The translations under genes were made by a program, and so were the position numbers. 45,272 bases of DNA, from contig NC_068986.1 of the NCBI RefSeq assembly GCF_001194135.2, positions 113,422,896 to 113,468,167 of the forward strand, in the 5' to 3' direction. Every line of letters begins with the position of its first letter. Within the stretch, counting starts at the first letter, position 1. Origin of the DNA: Octopus bimaculoides (taxonomy: Eukaryota). Positions 12,551 through 24,486 of the stretch are shown here, piece by piece. The notes below the pieces were generated by a model, which was not told where the DNA came from, made no database searches, and was given only the letters and a program-made list of their open reading frames with translations.

Positions 12551-12705
12551 TGCAAGCTGGTGGAATTCTGATTCCGCCGATGTCGACTTTGCCTTTAATC
12601 TTTTCAGGGTCGATAAATTAACTACCATTGAAACACTGGGGACAATGTAATCGACTAGTCCCCTCCTCCCAAATTTCAGACCTCGTGCCTTTAATTGAAA
12701 AGATT
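12551..12705 (+). mobile_element. SINE family 1, internally deleted
   Basis: Head remnant GCAAGCTGGTGGAAT, then ATTCCGCCGATGTCGACTTTGCCTTT..GGGTCGATAAATT..TGTAATCGACT. Confidence 0.75.
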
Positions 12706-13007
12706 GTTACTATTATTTTAGACTTCGCACAGAATACAATATCGTGAGGTTGTTGATTGAAGATAATGTGTTTACCGGGGTTTTGCACTGTTTGTCAAGT
12801 CACAAGGACCTCAGACAGACAGTACTTTGCACAAATGCGTGCAGTTCCAAGTAATGCCATATTTTGCAATACACCTAGATTGTGTATGTGTGTGTGTGTG
12901 TGTGCGTGTATGTGTATGCTTGCAGTATGTATGAATGCATGCATATATGTATATATGTATGTAAATGCGTGTAGATTTTTATTGTTTTCGTTTTAAATCT
13001 GGTGCTA

Positions 13008-13286
13008 GGCTATCGGAAACGTTTGCCGAATTGCTAAATGACAGGAATGTAAACAAGCCGGTTGTCAAGTGTCATGGGACAGAGTTGATAAACACAGATA
13101 GAAAGTCACGCACTTATACCACGGGCTTCCGTGCAGTTTTCGTCTATCAAATTAACTCACAATACATTGGTAGACCCTGGGTTATGGTAATTGACACATG
13201 TCCGAGGTGCCGCGCAGAGGGACTCAACTCGAAGACCCAAAGACAAATGCTTGTAAAACGAGTTTCTTGACCACACAATCGTTGCT
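13008..13286 (-). mobile_element. SINE family 2, older copy
   Basis: Reverse complement is colinear with 10322-10590 (GGCACCTCGGACATGTGTC, TAGACGAAAACTG, CTTGACAACCG). Confidence 0.65.
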
Positions 13287-14182
13287 GTATTTATCTGTGT
13301 GGATATGGGTTTGTATGCGTAAGTAGTAGGTGGATGTAGTCTTGAATGTTGTCCTTCGCATTCATATGTCCAACGACCTATCCAAGGTATGACGTCTCTG
13401 CTGCAGTAAATGCTGGCAGAAGCTACGTATCAATGACAAATCTTCAAAGTAACCTATTAAGGAAATGGTGACGACGTGGTTCGATTTTGCTAAAAATAGC
13501 AGCTAAGACTCTAGCAAGTCATACATTATTGCTTATAAGTTGGGAAGGGGAGATCGCTTTGTATAATGAGAACTTAATTATAAATATTTACGAAGAAAAT
13601 CATCAGAGCAAAGCCACAGCTGCAATCGTTTGTCATAATTTTGCTCGACATTAACCTACACAACTTCAACAACACCATCAGTAACAGGAAGATTATCATT
13701 AGGGTTAAAAACAAGAATAACATGAAAATGTAGCAGCGACAGGGCCTACATAATAAATTATGAATTGCTTATTTGATTATCTTCTCGTTTAATGAATTTT
13801 CTTTATACCTACACAAAACAAGAAACTGACTGTTGAATAGTATATAAATGAGATGGCGGAGAGTAGAAATAGACTATACAGTGTCGCTTCATCTGAATTT
13901 CAATTAGATTCCCCTATATTCTAGAATAGTCAATGCCAATAACATACATCCCTCACCCTTACCCTCTTGGTTATATTTATCTCATTGTCTATATTTCAAT
14001 GATTTACAAACCAACTGATCAGCTATCCACCCCCACACATACATATACGCACGCACACACATAGATATATATACACACACACTACCATTTTTGTTTTTAT
14101 TTTAAATTTATTTGTTTTAATCTCTTTTGTGCGTATATTGCTTAGTGATGTGTTATATACAAACGTACACACGCAGAAAGAG

Positions 14183-14226
<44 letters not shown>

Positions 14227-14366
14227 ATGTATTCACACATACATAATACACATACGCATACAAACGCACACATGTATATATATATATATTCGTGTATAGG
14301 TATGTATACACACACACATATAAAACATATATATGTATGTATACAGACACAGACACATTCACCATT

Positions 14367-14409
<43 letters not shown>

Positions 14410-14528
14410 TTTGGAACTATATATATATATATATATATCTTTCAGACGATTATTTCTTCCTGAGAAAATTGACCTATAATTATAAATACCTATATATACA
14501 CATTATGATAGTCCTGGAAATGCTTCCG

Positions 14529-14690
14529 ACTACGACGACGGCGACGGAGACGGCGATGATGACGACGACGACGACGATAACAGCGAAGGCGGCGAAGGCG
14601 AGGGTGACGATAGTGAAGGCAACGACGATGTAGGTGATGACGGCGAAGGCGGTGACGGCGAAGGCGGTGACGGCGAAGGCGATATTGTGA
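14529..14690. repeat. GC-rich (GAC/GAT/GGC)-derived repeat with a 15-bp higher-order unit
   Basis: GACGGCGAAGGCGGT occurs about three times at 14639-14682. Confidence 0.85.
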
Positions 14691-14844
14691 GACTATTAAT
14701 AATAATAATAATGAGGATGGCGTTGATGAAAATATAGGTTGTATTCACATGCGGTCTCGTTTATACTTGAGTCTCTCGTTGAATATGTTTGTCTCTAATT
14801 GTTCCGATCTTTTGAATTTAAATTTGTTGATACGTTTCTGTATG

Positions 14845-15570
14845 TATCAGGTTGGTGCAAAGGTAATTTTTTAGAAAACAGTTCAGATGGTATTTTTTTT
14901 TTAAATTGTGCCTCTTGCAATGTTTTAAGAATGTCACAATGAGTTATACATTTTCTTTCAGATTCTGATAGTATTGACCCTCCACTTCTGTTATATTCTC
15001 ACCCATGTTCGTCCCATCTAAAGGTCACATGAGATATGTCTTAATCTATAAGTTTCATAAAGGTGTCACTCCAAGCACAGCCGCAATGTGTCTTCAGAGA
15101 GTTGTAGGGGATGATGTAGTAAGTGAAATAGATATTCCAGGAGATGGATTTCTCGCTTCAGAAGACGAGATTTGCGTTTGAAAGACGAGCCAAAAGAAGG
15201 TCGTTCAAAACAACTTGATTCCGAAGAGTTGGAAACTGTTGTCACAGAAAATCTAACCGTTTCTTGTAGAGAACTTGCAGAAGAGCTTAACGTAGCCCAT
15301 AAAACTGTTCTACGGCAACTGTAGAAGAGCGGAAAGGTTTCAGGGTTTGGAAAATTGGTCCCGCACAAACTGTCTCAAGGCACTCTGCAACAGCTTGTTT
15401 TTTTGTTTCTTGAGACTTTAAGGAACCATTTTTAGGAAGGTTTGATACAAGTAATGAGAAGTGGATTCTTTATCATAACGTTAAACGCCGCCGATCGTGG
15501 ATCAGTCGAGGAGGAAGACCTTTTCAACAAACAAGGGAAGGTTATCATCCAAGGAAAGCAGCCGTTGAAT
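14845..15570 (+). mobile_element. Mariner transposon remnant: left TIR and transposase pseudogene (15005-15565)
   Basis: TA-TCAGGTTGGTGCAAAGGTAATT resembles mariner TIRs. Across frameshifts: YKFHKGV..VVGDDVVSE / RWISRFR..LKDEPKEGRS..RELAEELNV..LVPHKLS / EPFLGRFDTSNEKWILYHN..YHPRK, i.e. WVPHEL-like, first catalytic D region (TGDEKW-like) and HP.K motifs. 3' half missing. Confidence 0.9.
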
Positions 15571-15959
15571 ATATGTAAAATTTGCAATTCAGCTTTCCTG
15601 ATTTGGATATAAACGAATTGACACAGATAATAATGTAGCTTCCCTCGTCAGTAAAACGTAGGCTAACCTACTTATGATTAAATTAGGGTCGAAATGGCGC
15701 CCTTGTAGGACATCATTTTTCTGTGTAAAATTGGGCAGATGTCTACTTTAACATACGGCAAATTTATTTTATCTACGAATGGCTTACGTTTTTGACTTTT
15801 CTCCATAATGAACATTAGTAGGAAATCCAAATACTGCTACCACGTCGTTCCTTCTCGTAACAAATAGATTTGTCAATATTATAGAAGCGCGAGTACAGTG
15901 ATCGAGAAGAAAAAAGTTTCAGAGCATTGTATTTGGCTCTCTTTATTTCTTCTCTATAC

Positions 15960-17550
15960 CAGTGACTCAGTACTTGTTGGATCAAAGACATCTGTTATCT
16001 GAATGCAGAGAAATCTTCTCTACACAAAGCTATATTCTGAATCGTTGAAGGAAAACTCATCCTCGCTCAAACTGACACATTAGTTTCGCTTCAGAGAGGT
16101 TTTATATAACATTGATTTTGCTCAAGCAGAAGATTACCACAAGCAAGGTGACCAGAAGAAAATGGTTTTCGAACGTGCTCAACATGTCTAACTCCACCTT
16201 CCAAGTTAATGTCTTATTAACAATCCCTGTATAACATTGGTTGTATAGTGTGATAGCCATTGTGTATTCTCACTTGATTTTACAGAATTTGTGACATTGC
16301 GGATAGAAACTTTTGAATTTCTTTATTTGCTTATAATGTACGGATTATAATTCTACACCATAAATCGCTATACTGGGCAACATTAATTTATATATGCTTG
16401 ACATTGTGTATATTATCCAATATCTGAATCATTCGGAACCCGATTTGTCAACTTGTCAAATGCAACACATATTTTTGCCTAATTTTATGGAGTAATCGAG
16501 ATTCATTATCAGTGGATATTTTATACATAATATGTGGCCGCAATCCTTTACCATTTTTTGCACATACCAATTAATATAGATTTCAGGACTATTTGAGATA
16601 TATCTACTCCTAATTCTGGATTGCTGAAAAATGCATATTATTCATGTGGATTGTAAGTCTAAAGTTGTTTGCAGCGGCCGACAAATATGCTGCGCGTCTT
16701 CAAACAACTTTAAGTGATTGGGTAAAAATGGATTGCAAAGTGCAATTTACACAGAAGCAGTTCTGATTTCTATGTTTCAGAATGGAGTCATTGAATATTG
16801 AAAAATGTTGTCATCAGTTCGAAATTGAATCTTGCAAACAATTGTCTCTTCTTTAAAAGTTGTATTAAGGAGATGGTTGTATTAACGATACTCGCATTCA
16901 ATTTTTTAAAAGGTACGAAGAAATAATACGAGAAGAAAACACGAGAAGAAATAATATTGGACAAAACATTTTATAGACCCTTAGAATTATGCTGTTACAT
17001 GTCTTTGTTGTAATATAAATGAAAACTGTGAAGTGGTCCAAATTTGCATTCTAGTACTTTACTAACGATGATAATCCTGTGAAACAACTTCTTATAATTT
17101 TTAATTATAAAAATTTGTTACACAGGATTTGATGAAGACACCTACTAAGGTCGGCCTTGGCAATAATTTTCGCTCTAATTACAAACAAAGAAATATCACG
17201 GTGATCATCACAGACTGTATATTCCTATTTACTATTTTACAGGTGGTCTTTATGGCTTGATTGCTTATATTGTGGAAGTGGTTTGTTGTTGTTACCTTAC
17301 AATGGTTTTGAAATTTTGGATTCGTGGGGAAGAAATATAGCGGCGCATGTCTTTCCTGCACCGGGCATCGTAAAACACCTTCCCACTTCATCGCTGCCAG
17401 CAACTTGTCAGTACCAGGATCTCGTTCACAATTTCAGTGAATTCTTCGAATGTAAAATTATGGATATTCTAAAGCCAAAATTTATATTCTTAAACCTCAA
17501 GGCATCCGGATATCTCTTGCGGCTCATTGTTTGAGGAACAATTTATTAGA
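15960..17550 (+). mobile_element. Ancient CR1/L2-like LINE ORF2 relic
   Basis: Scattered motifs in the expected order: ECREIF..YTKLYS, DLS, FYGV...QWI, PLPFFAHTN (PLLFLIYTN-like), SLNIEKC, NYG. Heavily broken. Confidence 0.3.
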
Positions 17551-17792
17551 ATAGGAAATGAGTCTTCAGGTAATCAATATCATTCTGCTTGTTTCAATAA
17601 GATGTCATTTATAATTATATGCATAATGCAGTTATGAAACAAAAGTCACCGAAAGAAAAAAACATTTATTTGAGAAGAACAAAAGTGAAAACATAGGGGC
17701 ATCATCTGATAGGCATATTACTGAGATGTCCACGACATACAAACCACTAGACGGATGAATTCTGAAATCATGCGGAGTGAGAGAGAAATAAG

Positions 17793-17867
17793 ACTTTTTT
17801 TTCTTCTGTAGAAACAACGGTTACTAGAATTGTCTTGTAACCGTTGTCTCCACAGAAGAAATAAAGT
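17793..17867 (-). ncRNA. Long near-perfect hairpin (pri-miRNA-like or foldback/MITE relic)
   Basis: Arms 17801-17828 and 17833-17860. On the minus strand 27 of 28 positions pair (two G-U), with a 4-nt loop; extendable to about 35 bp. Confidence 0.4.
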
Positions 17868-19294
17868 TACCTGGATTACTCTGATTTTATATTTCGAGTA
17901 TAAAGTCTTATACTGACTCGCAAAACGCGGAAAATTTTAAGCAAGAACATAATAACCAATATAATTTGTGAGTGTGTGTGTGTGTGTGTGTGTAAATGCG
18001 TTTACGCGTGCGCAAAGAAGTATAAAGCATATAAACAGAGACTGACTAAATATGGAAGGGAGTGTTTGAGGGATGGTGCCTGTTTATTTAATCGTTAATA
18101 TTGTTTAATATAAAATATTAATATGACATCTACACTAGTTTCCACTGAAAATCCTGCCAAATTTACTTGCTGCTATAAGGTCGAATGCATCGTATCAATG
18201 AATCCTTCAGCTGCCAAATATAGACCAAACAAATTCGATTTATGTCATATTATTAATGCAATTATTAATATCGTTGCTACTATTTATGGCCACGGTTTAA
18301 CAAAATAGAACAACGGAATATTTGTTTTGTGGTATCTAAACTCTCTCACCATACAATCAGCCTTTCAAACACCAACGGAGTGATTTGTAATCTTCATCCT
18401 TCCGGAGACGATAACACAAAAAGCACCAGTCAATTATAGACGACTTTAACCTTTCTCTGTGTGGATGGGGATCTTATAATTATTTTAGACATAATTTGTG
18501 TTCATATTTAGCACACTGATCACCCACGATCGAGTTCATTAGAAGTTGAACGATGTAACGTGACCATTCCGTAAATTTTCACATAAATTAGCGAATTGGT
18601 GCCCTCGTTACACGGGTTGAGACAATCCCTATTTCTATTTGTTGTGAATCCTTACGATCAGATTTGAAACTCCTTAGAGCAACCATTCCTCTTGCTTAAT
18701 TAGAGCTCAGAACACTGAACTGAAGTAAGTTGTAAACGTTGGGCAATTTGACTTGCATCATCTGTAGTTCTTTACTTTCTCACTTAAAATCCTTCTTATT
18801 TAAATTCTTCAGGCTCTAATAAAAGAAACGTAACAGGAAAGGGATTGTTTTGAAGAAGATTTTAGAACATTTCACAAAATACTTTGCTACATTTATTTTG
18901 GTATTCATTGCGATATTCACTTCATACATCGTTGTAGTCCTCGCTACCAGTAGAGTCACTGGTCCCATTCTGGGATTAAATAACACGATTACATGAATGA
19001 CTATATCTCTGACAAAGTGCCCGTGCATCTTTCTTTTCCTCTCTCTCTCTCTTCTCTCAATTGTACGCACACATGTTTGCGGTTTTGTGTGTGTATGCGT
19101 ATATGTAAGTTGTGTGTGTATGTATGTATATGTGTGCATGTGTGTGTATGTGTGCGTGTGTGTGTGTGTGTGTGTGTTCACTAGATAAAAAACTTTAAGC
19201 TAGTATTGACATACAACGTATCAAGTATTTTGTGGAATTTTTTCCGGTTCCTTTTCTAAATTTCTGCTGTTTTTTTATAGATTTGTATGCGTGG

Positions 19295-19349
19295 TCATTA
19301 ACTAATCATTAACTAATCATTAACTAATCATTAACTGATCATTAACTGA
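19295..19349. repeat. 11-bp minisatellite TCATTAACT(A/G)A, 5 copies
   Basis: Direct inspection. Confidence 0.95.
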
Positions 19350-19401
19350 CGATAATCAACAGAAACGTATTACATGTTCAGTTTTATTTTTATTGATGCA
19401 G

Positions 19402-19479
19402 GCAATAGAGCAGCAAATAGAGGCTCTGAAAAATATGCCTTTCGATGTTTACTCTGATACCAGCGGCCGTTGGGATTAA
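19402..19479 (+). CDS. Candidate terminal coding exon, AIEQQIEALKNMPFDVYSDTSGRWD*
   Basis: T-rich tract plus GCAG acceptor at 19400-19401; phase-0 frame to TAA; locally higher GC; AATAAA near 20087. Protein not recognised. Confidence 0.4.
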   Translation, partial: AIEQQIEALKNMPFDVYSDTSGRWD

Positions 19480-20199
19480 ACAGACTTTGAGTTGAAATTT
19501 TACTTTCGTGCTTGAAAGTCCTTTAGTGCTATCCGAATATTGCAGTGAATTCCATCGACAAAATCCTTTGCCAAAACTATATGAAAATAAAAAAATATAA
19601 TTTTCTATTACTCAATAGTTTTCTTGCAGTGGTTTTCGACTTATAGAATTTATGAATCGATTCTTCTTTAAAGGTGACTTATATAGTTTCCTTTTATATT
19701 ATGTATAAGTAATGGCGATTTTGTTTCTTGATGGAATTAAATGGAAATATTGGTATGAATTGAAACTTTTTCAATTTAGATCCTTGTGTTTATCATCTAA
19801 TATCCAGCAATAGTATTGAAATCTTCTGGGGTTTTTTTCAACGAAGAGGTTGATGGAACAGCGAGGCTTCTTTGCCAATAATCTATCTTTTATCAAATAT
19901 CTAACTGTGTAGCAAGTTATCCTTTTATTCATTTATTTATTATTTACTAAAATCAATGATTAGTTTTCTTTATTTTTTCCGGTATTCACTAAATGCTTGA
20001 TTTACCACTAGCTGTTCATTGTAGCCATCCATTTCTTTCTAAATCCATATCAGATTTCCATCTACTGTAATACAATATTATCTTACAGATAATAAACAGA
20101 TCAACAGACATATTCTAGAGTATGTATAGAATGTCTTCATTATATTACTTTATTATAAAATAACTATTTAGATGCTATTTTTGAGATTTCTAGCGTACT

Positions 20200-21850
20200 C
20201 CTTCCCGCAAATAAACATTGTTTTGTTTTATAGTAATCTGTCGTTTGTTGAATTCTCGTGTGTTGAAAAATTCATTAAATTCTGCGGCAGCAGAATTTAT
20301 GTATGCAGCGGATACGTTCTTAAACTGGAAATCGGTTCTTCGGTCATTTCTAGGTTAATAGCAGTACTGATTGTGTTGATAAAGCTTCTAGTAGTTATGC
20401 TCGGTTAACCTGTAGGGTTATTATTGATTTATCTTTCCTTATCCATTGTGCATATTTTGGTTCCATATATTCCCCTAATATCATAGATGTTTTATTGTTG
20501 TTAGTGAAGATTCCGCTCTGATGTTTCGTTTATTTTTGTGTTTTATTATCTTTTTGGCGTCTCACTAAAATTGTTTTAGTATTTTGTTTCAGGTACGTGA
20601 TTTTGATGCAAGAACCACTCACGTCTTTCAAATCGTTTTATCCAGCCTATATTTGCCAGCGTGAGTTGTTTTAATTTTTTCTTTCACTTCAATAATCTCT
20701 CCTCTTTATCCAATACTGCATTTCCTGAATGGTTATTCGTTTTTCATTTCTTTTCCTTATTAGCTGTCTCCGTTTCTATTTCATTGAAAATGGTTAGGCT
20801 TTTTATTGTATTGTATATATATTTCCACTGGATTTTTTTTTCTTGTGCCTGGGGGGAAAATTGACTTACGCTATGAGCGTTGAGTCAAGTTTTACTCGCA
20901 AATACCATGGTTACTGAATAAATTAAGTTCCGGTTCTGTGTCAAGAACGACTCTTTACAGACAACAACAACAACAACAATACATTACGTCGAGGGCTTGG
21001 ATTTATTTGAGTATTATTTAGTAGAGTTGTTTGATTATTCTTCGCTTGGCAAGGCGTTTCGTTCATCAATAGTGATTGATCTTTTAATAGTCAGTTCTCC
21101 CTCCATTTTGTTTATTACTTCATCATTGTTTACTCTGCTTATTCTCGTGTCATGTTTGTTTTTATTTCATTTCTTTTCAGAGGAGACCAGAATATATTCT
21201 GTGTTGTGGCTAGGTATTCATTCCAAAGCTCCTATCTGTGGGCACCTTTCATAGTTATTATCCTCCTTAATGTGTTTGTTATTTTCTCCCTGTGTCTATT
21301 CAGCTCGTGCATTTTTTCTGACTACGTGGCGTAATTTGCATCAGGTTTTCTAGAGACATTCACTTGATTTTTTGTCATTTTTGTCGTAAGCTGTCTCTCT
21401 ACATTTTCTGCGTTTTTTTTTTCTTCTTTTAGGGGTTTTATATCTTGTGTATTCTGGTGAGTTCATCTTTTCATTCGTTTGCGTGAGTTTGAATTGTTCT
21501 TTTTATGAATTTTAATTATTTTCGTATTTTTTTCATTCTCTAGTGATACTAAACTAATTCTTAAATATTTTTTTCTTGATCAATAAACAGTAGTTCCTAC
21601 TCTCATCGGTGAATTTATGTTCAACTTTCAGCTTATATCTTTTCTATTGCCCTCAAGGGTTTCCTTCTGACCAAGCGATCGAAGTTATTTTCAATTCTTA
21701 TAGACGATAAGCGTGACGAAGGAGGTGGTTTTATGTCCACTTTTCAGCTTACTTCTTCGTTGCTCATAAGGATTTTAGTTTGGTCTATGGCGCACAAGAA
21801 TTACAGTTACACTGTCTTTCCATCATGAGCATATTAAATTCACTCCGCAA
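20200..21850 (-). mobile_element. Degraded I/Nimb/Jockey-like LINE 5' part (CCHC ORF1 and APE)
   Basis: Minus pieces CKLRHVVRK (knuckle-like) and SMILGEYMEPKYAQW (ILGDFNA.H..W-like); K/E/N-rich broken frames. Confidence 0.35.
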
Positions 21851-22408
21851 CATCTCATTCTCTGGAATGACAGGTTCTACAGATATGTAGGGCTGAAGTG
21901 GGCAGTTTTGGTGCAGAGCCTTTGATAGCATTATTTACTACACGACACGAATATATTTTTATGTTCAGGAAGAATGACGTACTCTGTGTGTGGATGTGTG
22001 TGTGCGCGCGCGCATGCGTGTGTGAGTATGTGTGTCATTATTGAGTTTTATTTCAAGATTTCTTGCCAATAGAGAAGAGTCAGTTTCTAACCTACATCTA
22101 AGCCTCCTTCGTTGGAACTTCAACATGAACAACAGGGTATTTTCGATTGTATATATATGTATGTATGTATGAATGTATTTATATATGTATATATGCAGAT
22201 TTGTATGTCTTGTATTATGTATGTATTCTCATATGCATATATTTGCATATCTAGACATGTTCATATATACTTAAATGATAATCTACTGGATCCCATATCT
22301 AATCAACTGGCAAACGTTATAACTATTTATGAATGATGATGAATATTGTAATATTTTAATTACTTATGGAGAATGAGTTAAGGCGGTAAATTGGCAAAGA
22401 ATTTAGAA

Positions 22409-22456
22409 CTTTGGATATATGTGCTAAAACCTCTTTGGATTTATGTGCTAAAACCT
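22409..22456. repeat. 24-bp tandem duplication beside a decayed SINE-like head
   Basis: CTTTGGAT(A/T)TATGTGCTAAAACCT twice. Confidence 0.85.
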
Positions 22457-23562
22457 CTGTATTGTGAGATTAATTTCCTACTATCACCAACATTACCATT
22501 CCCGATCAAGATTCGCGTGAGTGCTGGTAAATCAAACAGCACACCTTGTTATATTTGGACGGGTATTCAAGGCTGTTCACACTTGCCTAAGAGAATTTAT
22601 TAAATTTCTGCTCTTAACTATAACACTTTGCTGACGCCATAATCAAACCTAAATGACACTGTGCGTAAACAGAAGGAGGCTTCAATATGCACGCACGTTC
22701 GTATGCCATTTTTATATCTAATGGCAATCTTTCAGAATATTGACCTAATTTGTTTGTTTATGACAATCAAGATATTCAAAAATGTAATTGTTGTGGCATT
22801 CTGTGAACCTTTTTAGATAAGTTGTAATATTTCATTTATGTGGATATTTCATAAAACATTGATTGATTTTAATTTTAAAAACGGATAGGAAAAGTGTAAG
22901 AATTTTACTTCGAATGAATAGCGACATTGCAACTCGGAGAAAATAACGAAAAAGATATCAGCATCAGGTAATATATTAGTCATCATAATAAAAGAAGTAA
23001 TTTTTAACATAATTTTGCATTCTCACGCTGTGAAATTTAAGAATTTAAGACATATAGTTAGTCACTGACCTTTCTATTCGCGGAAAAAAATATCGATATG
23101 GAAGTATACGCGAATCAAAACATACACACAACCACATTTATAAATATGTGTGTATCTGAGTGTGTGTGTCTTCGTGCATATATATATATATATATANNNN
23201 NNNNNNNNNNNNNNNNNNNNNNNNNNNNNNNNNNNNNNNNNNNNNNNNNNNNNNNNNNNNNNNNNNNNNNNNNNNNNNNNNNNNNNNNNNNNNNNNNNNN
23301 NNNNNNNNNNNNNNNNNNNNNNNNNNNNNNNNNNNNNNNNNNNNNNNNNNNNNNNNNNNNNNNNNNNNNNNNNNNNNNNNNNNNNNNNNNNNNNNNNNNN
23401 NNNNNNNNNNNNNNNNNNNNNNNNNNNNNNNNNNNNNNNNNNNNNNNNNNNNNNNNNNNNNNNNNNNNNNNNNNNNNNNNNNNNNNNNNNNNNNNNNNNN
23501 NNNNNNNNNNNNNNNNNNNNNNNNNNNNNNNNNNNNNNNNNNNNNNNNNNNNNNNNNNNNNN

Positions 23563-23597
<35 letters not shown>

Positions 23598-23944
23598 CGC
23601 TGTTGGTGTTATATTTTTCTATGTAGCATTGTCACAAGACATTGGAATATAATGTGACCGAGTAACCGTTTTTCTGGACAGACTGACACAATTTTCAGAT
23701 ATCGCAAATCAATTCGTTCTGACAATATTTCAAATCTCAATTTATGCCTAATTGGAAGAAATTTTATCGATAAACATTTTAAGGCAAGATGACGGAGAAA
23801 GAAATCTGTAAACTAAGAAACGATATGTGAAAATAAATATGAACGTGTAAAAAAAAATCAACTATAGAGGTGTGTATGTGTCTTTCAACAACTATTGAGG
23901 TGTGTTTGTTCGTATGTGTACAAACACATATACATTTGCATCCG

Positions 23945-23990
<46 letters not shown>

Positions 23991-24413
23991 ATTGTGTGCG
24001 TGAGAGAGAGAGTGTGTGAGACTGTGTGTGTGTGAGAGAGAGTGAGTGTGTATGTGTGCGTATGCGCATGTGTGTGTGGACGTGCAATGCATGAGAGATT
24101 CTATTGAAATCAAATATCGAAAATCTACAGAAAATTACAATAATACTAGTGTAGGTACGTTTGTAGATATGCAGATATAAATGTATAGAAATATATTATT
24201 TAAGTACAAATACATATATTTTCGTGACTTTACAAGCACACGCACACGCTCACACACATACAACACACACACTCATATATATGTATGTATGTATATATGT
24301 GCGTACGTATGTATGTATGTATACCCAAACGTAAAACACGTTTATATACATAAAGAAATTTATGTTGATATAGAAATATGTGCTTGTTTGTGTATTTACA
24401 TACATAAGTACAT

Positions 24414-24414
<1 letters not shown>

Positions 24415-24483
<69 letters not shown>
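24415..24483. repeat. (TG)n microsatellite
   Basis: Direct inspection; representative of many further CA/TG/TA tracts not listed individually. Confidence 0.95.

Positions 24484-24486
<3 letters not shown>

Noticed and set aside
15600-15860. Possible minus-strand RT motifs (VLQG, FTDE)
   Set aside because: Too degenerate to support a call.
17126-17156. TTGATGA-A-GAC..GTC-G hammerhead-like start
   Set aside because: GAAA is replaced by GGCC, and there is no stem I or stem III.
17240-17534. Acceptor-like TTTTACAG followed by an open frame
   Set aside because: No recognisable protein, and it lies within a suspected ancient LINE relic.
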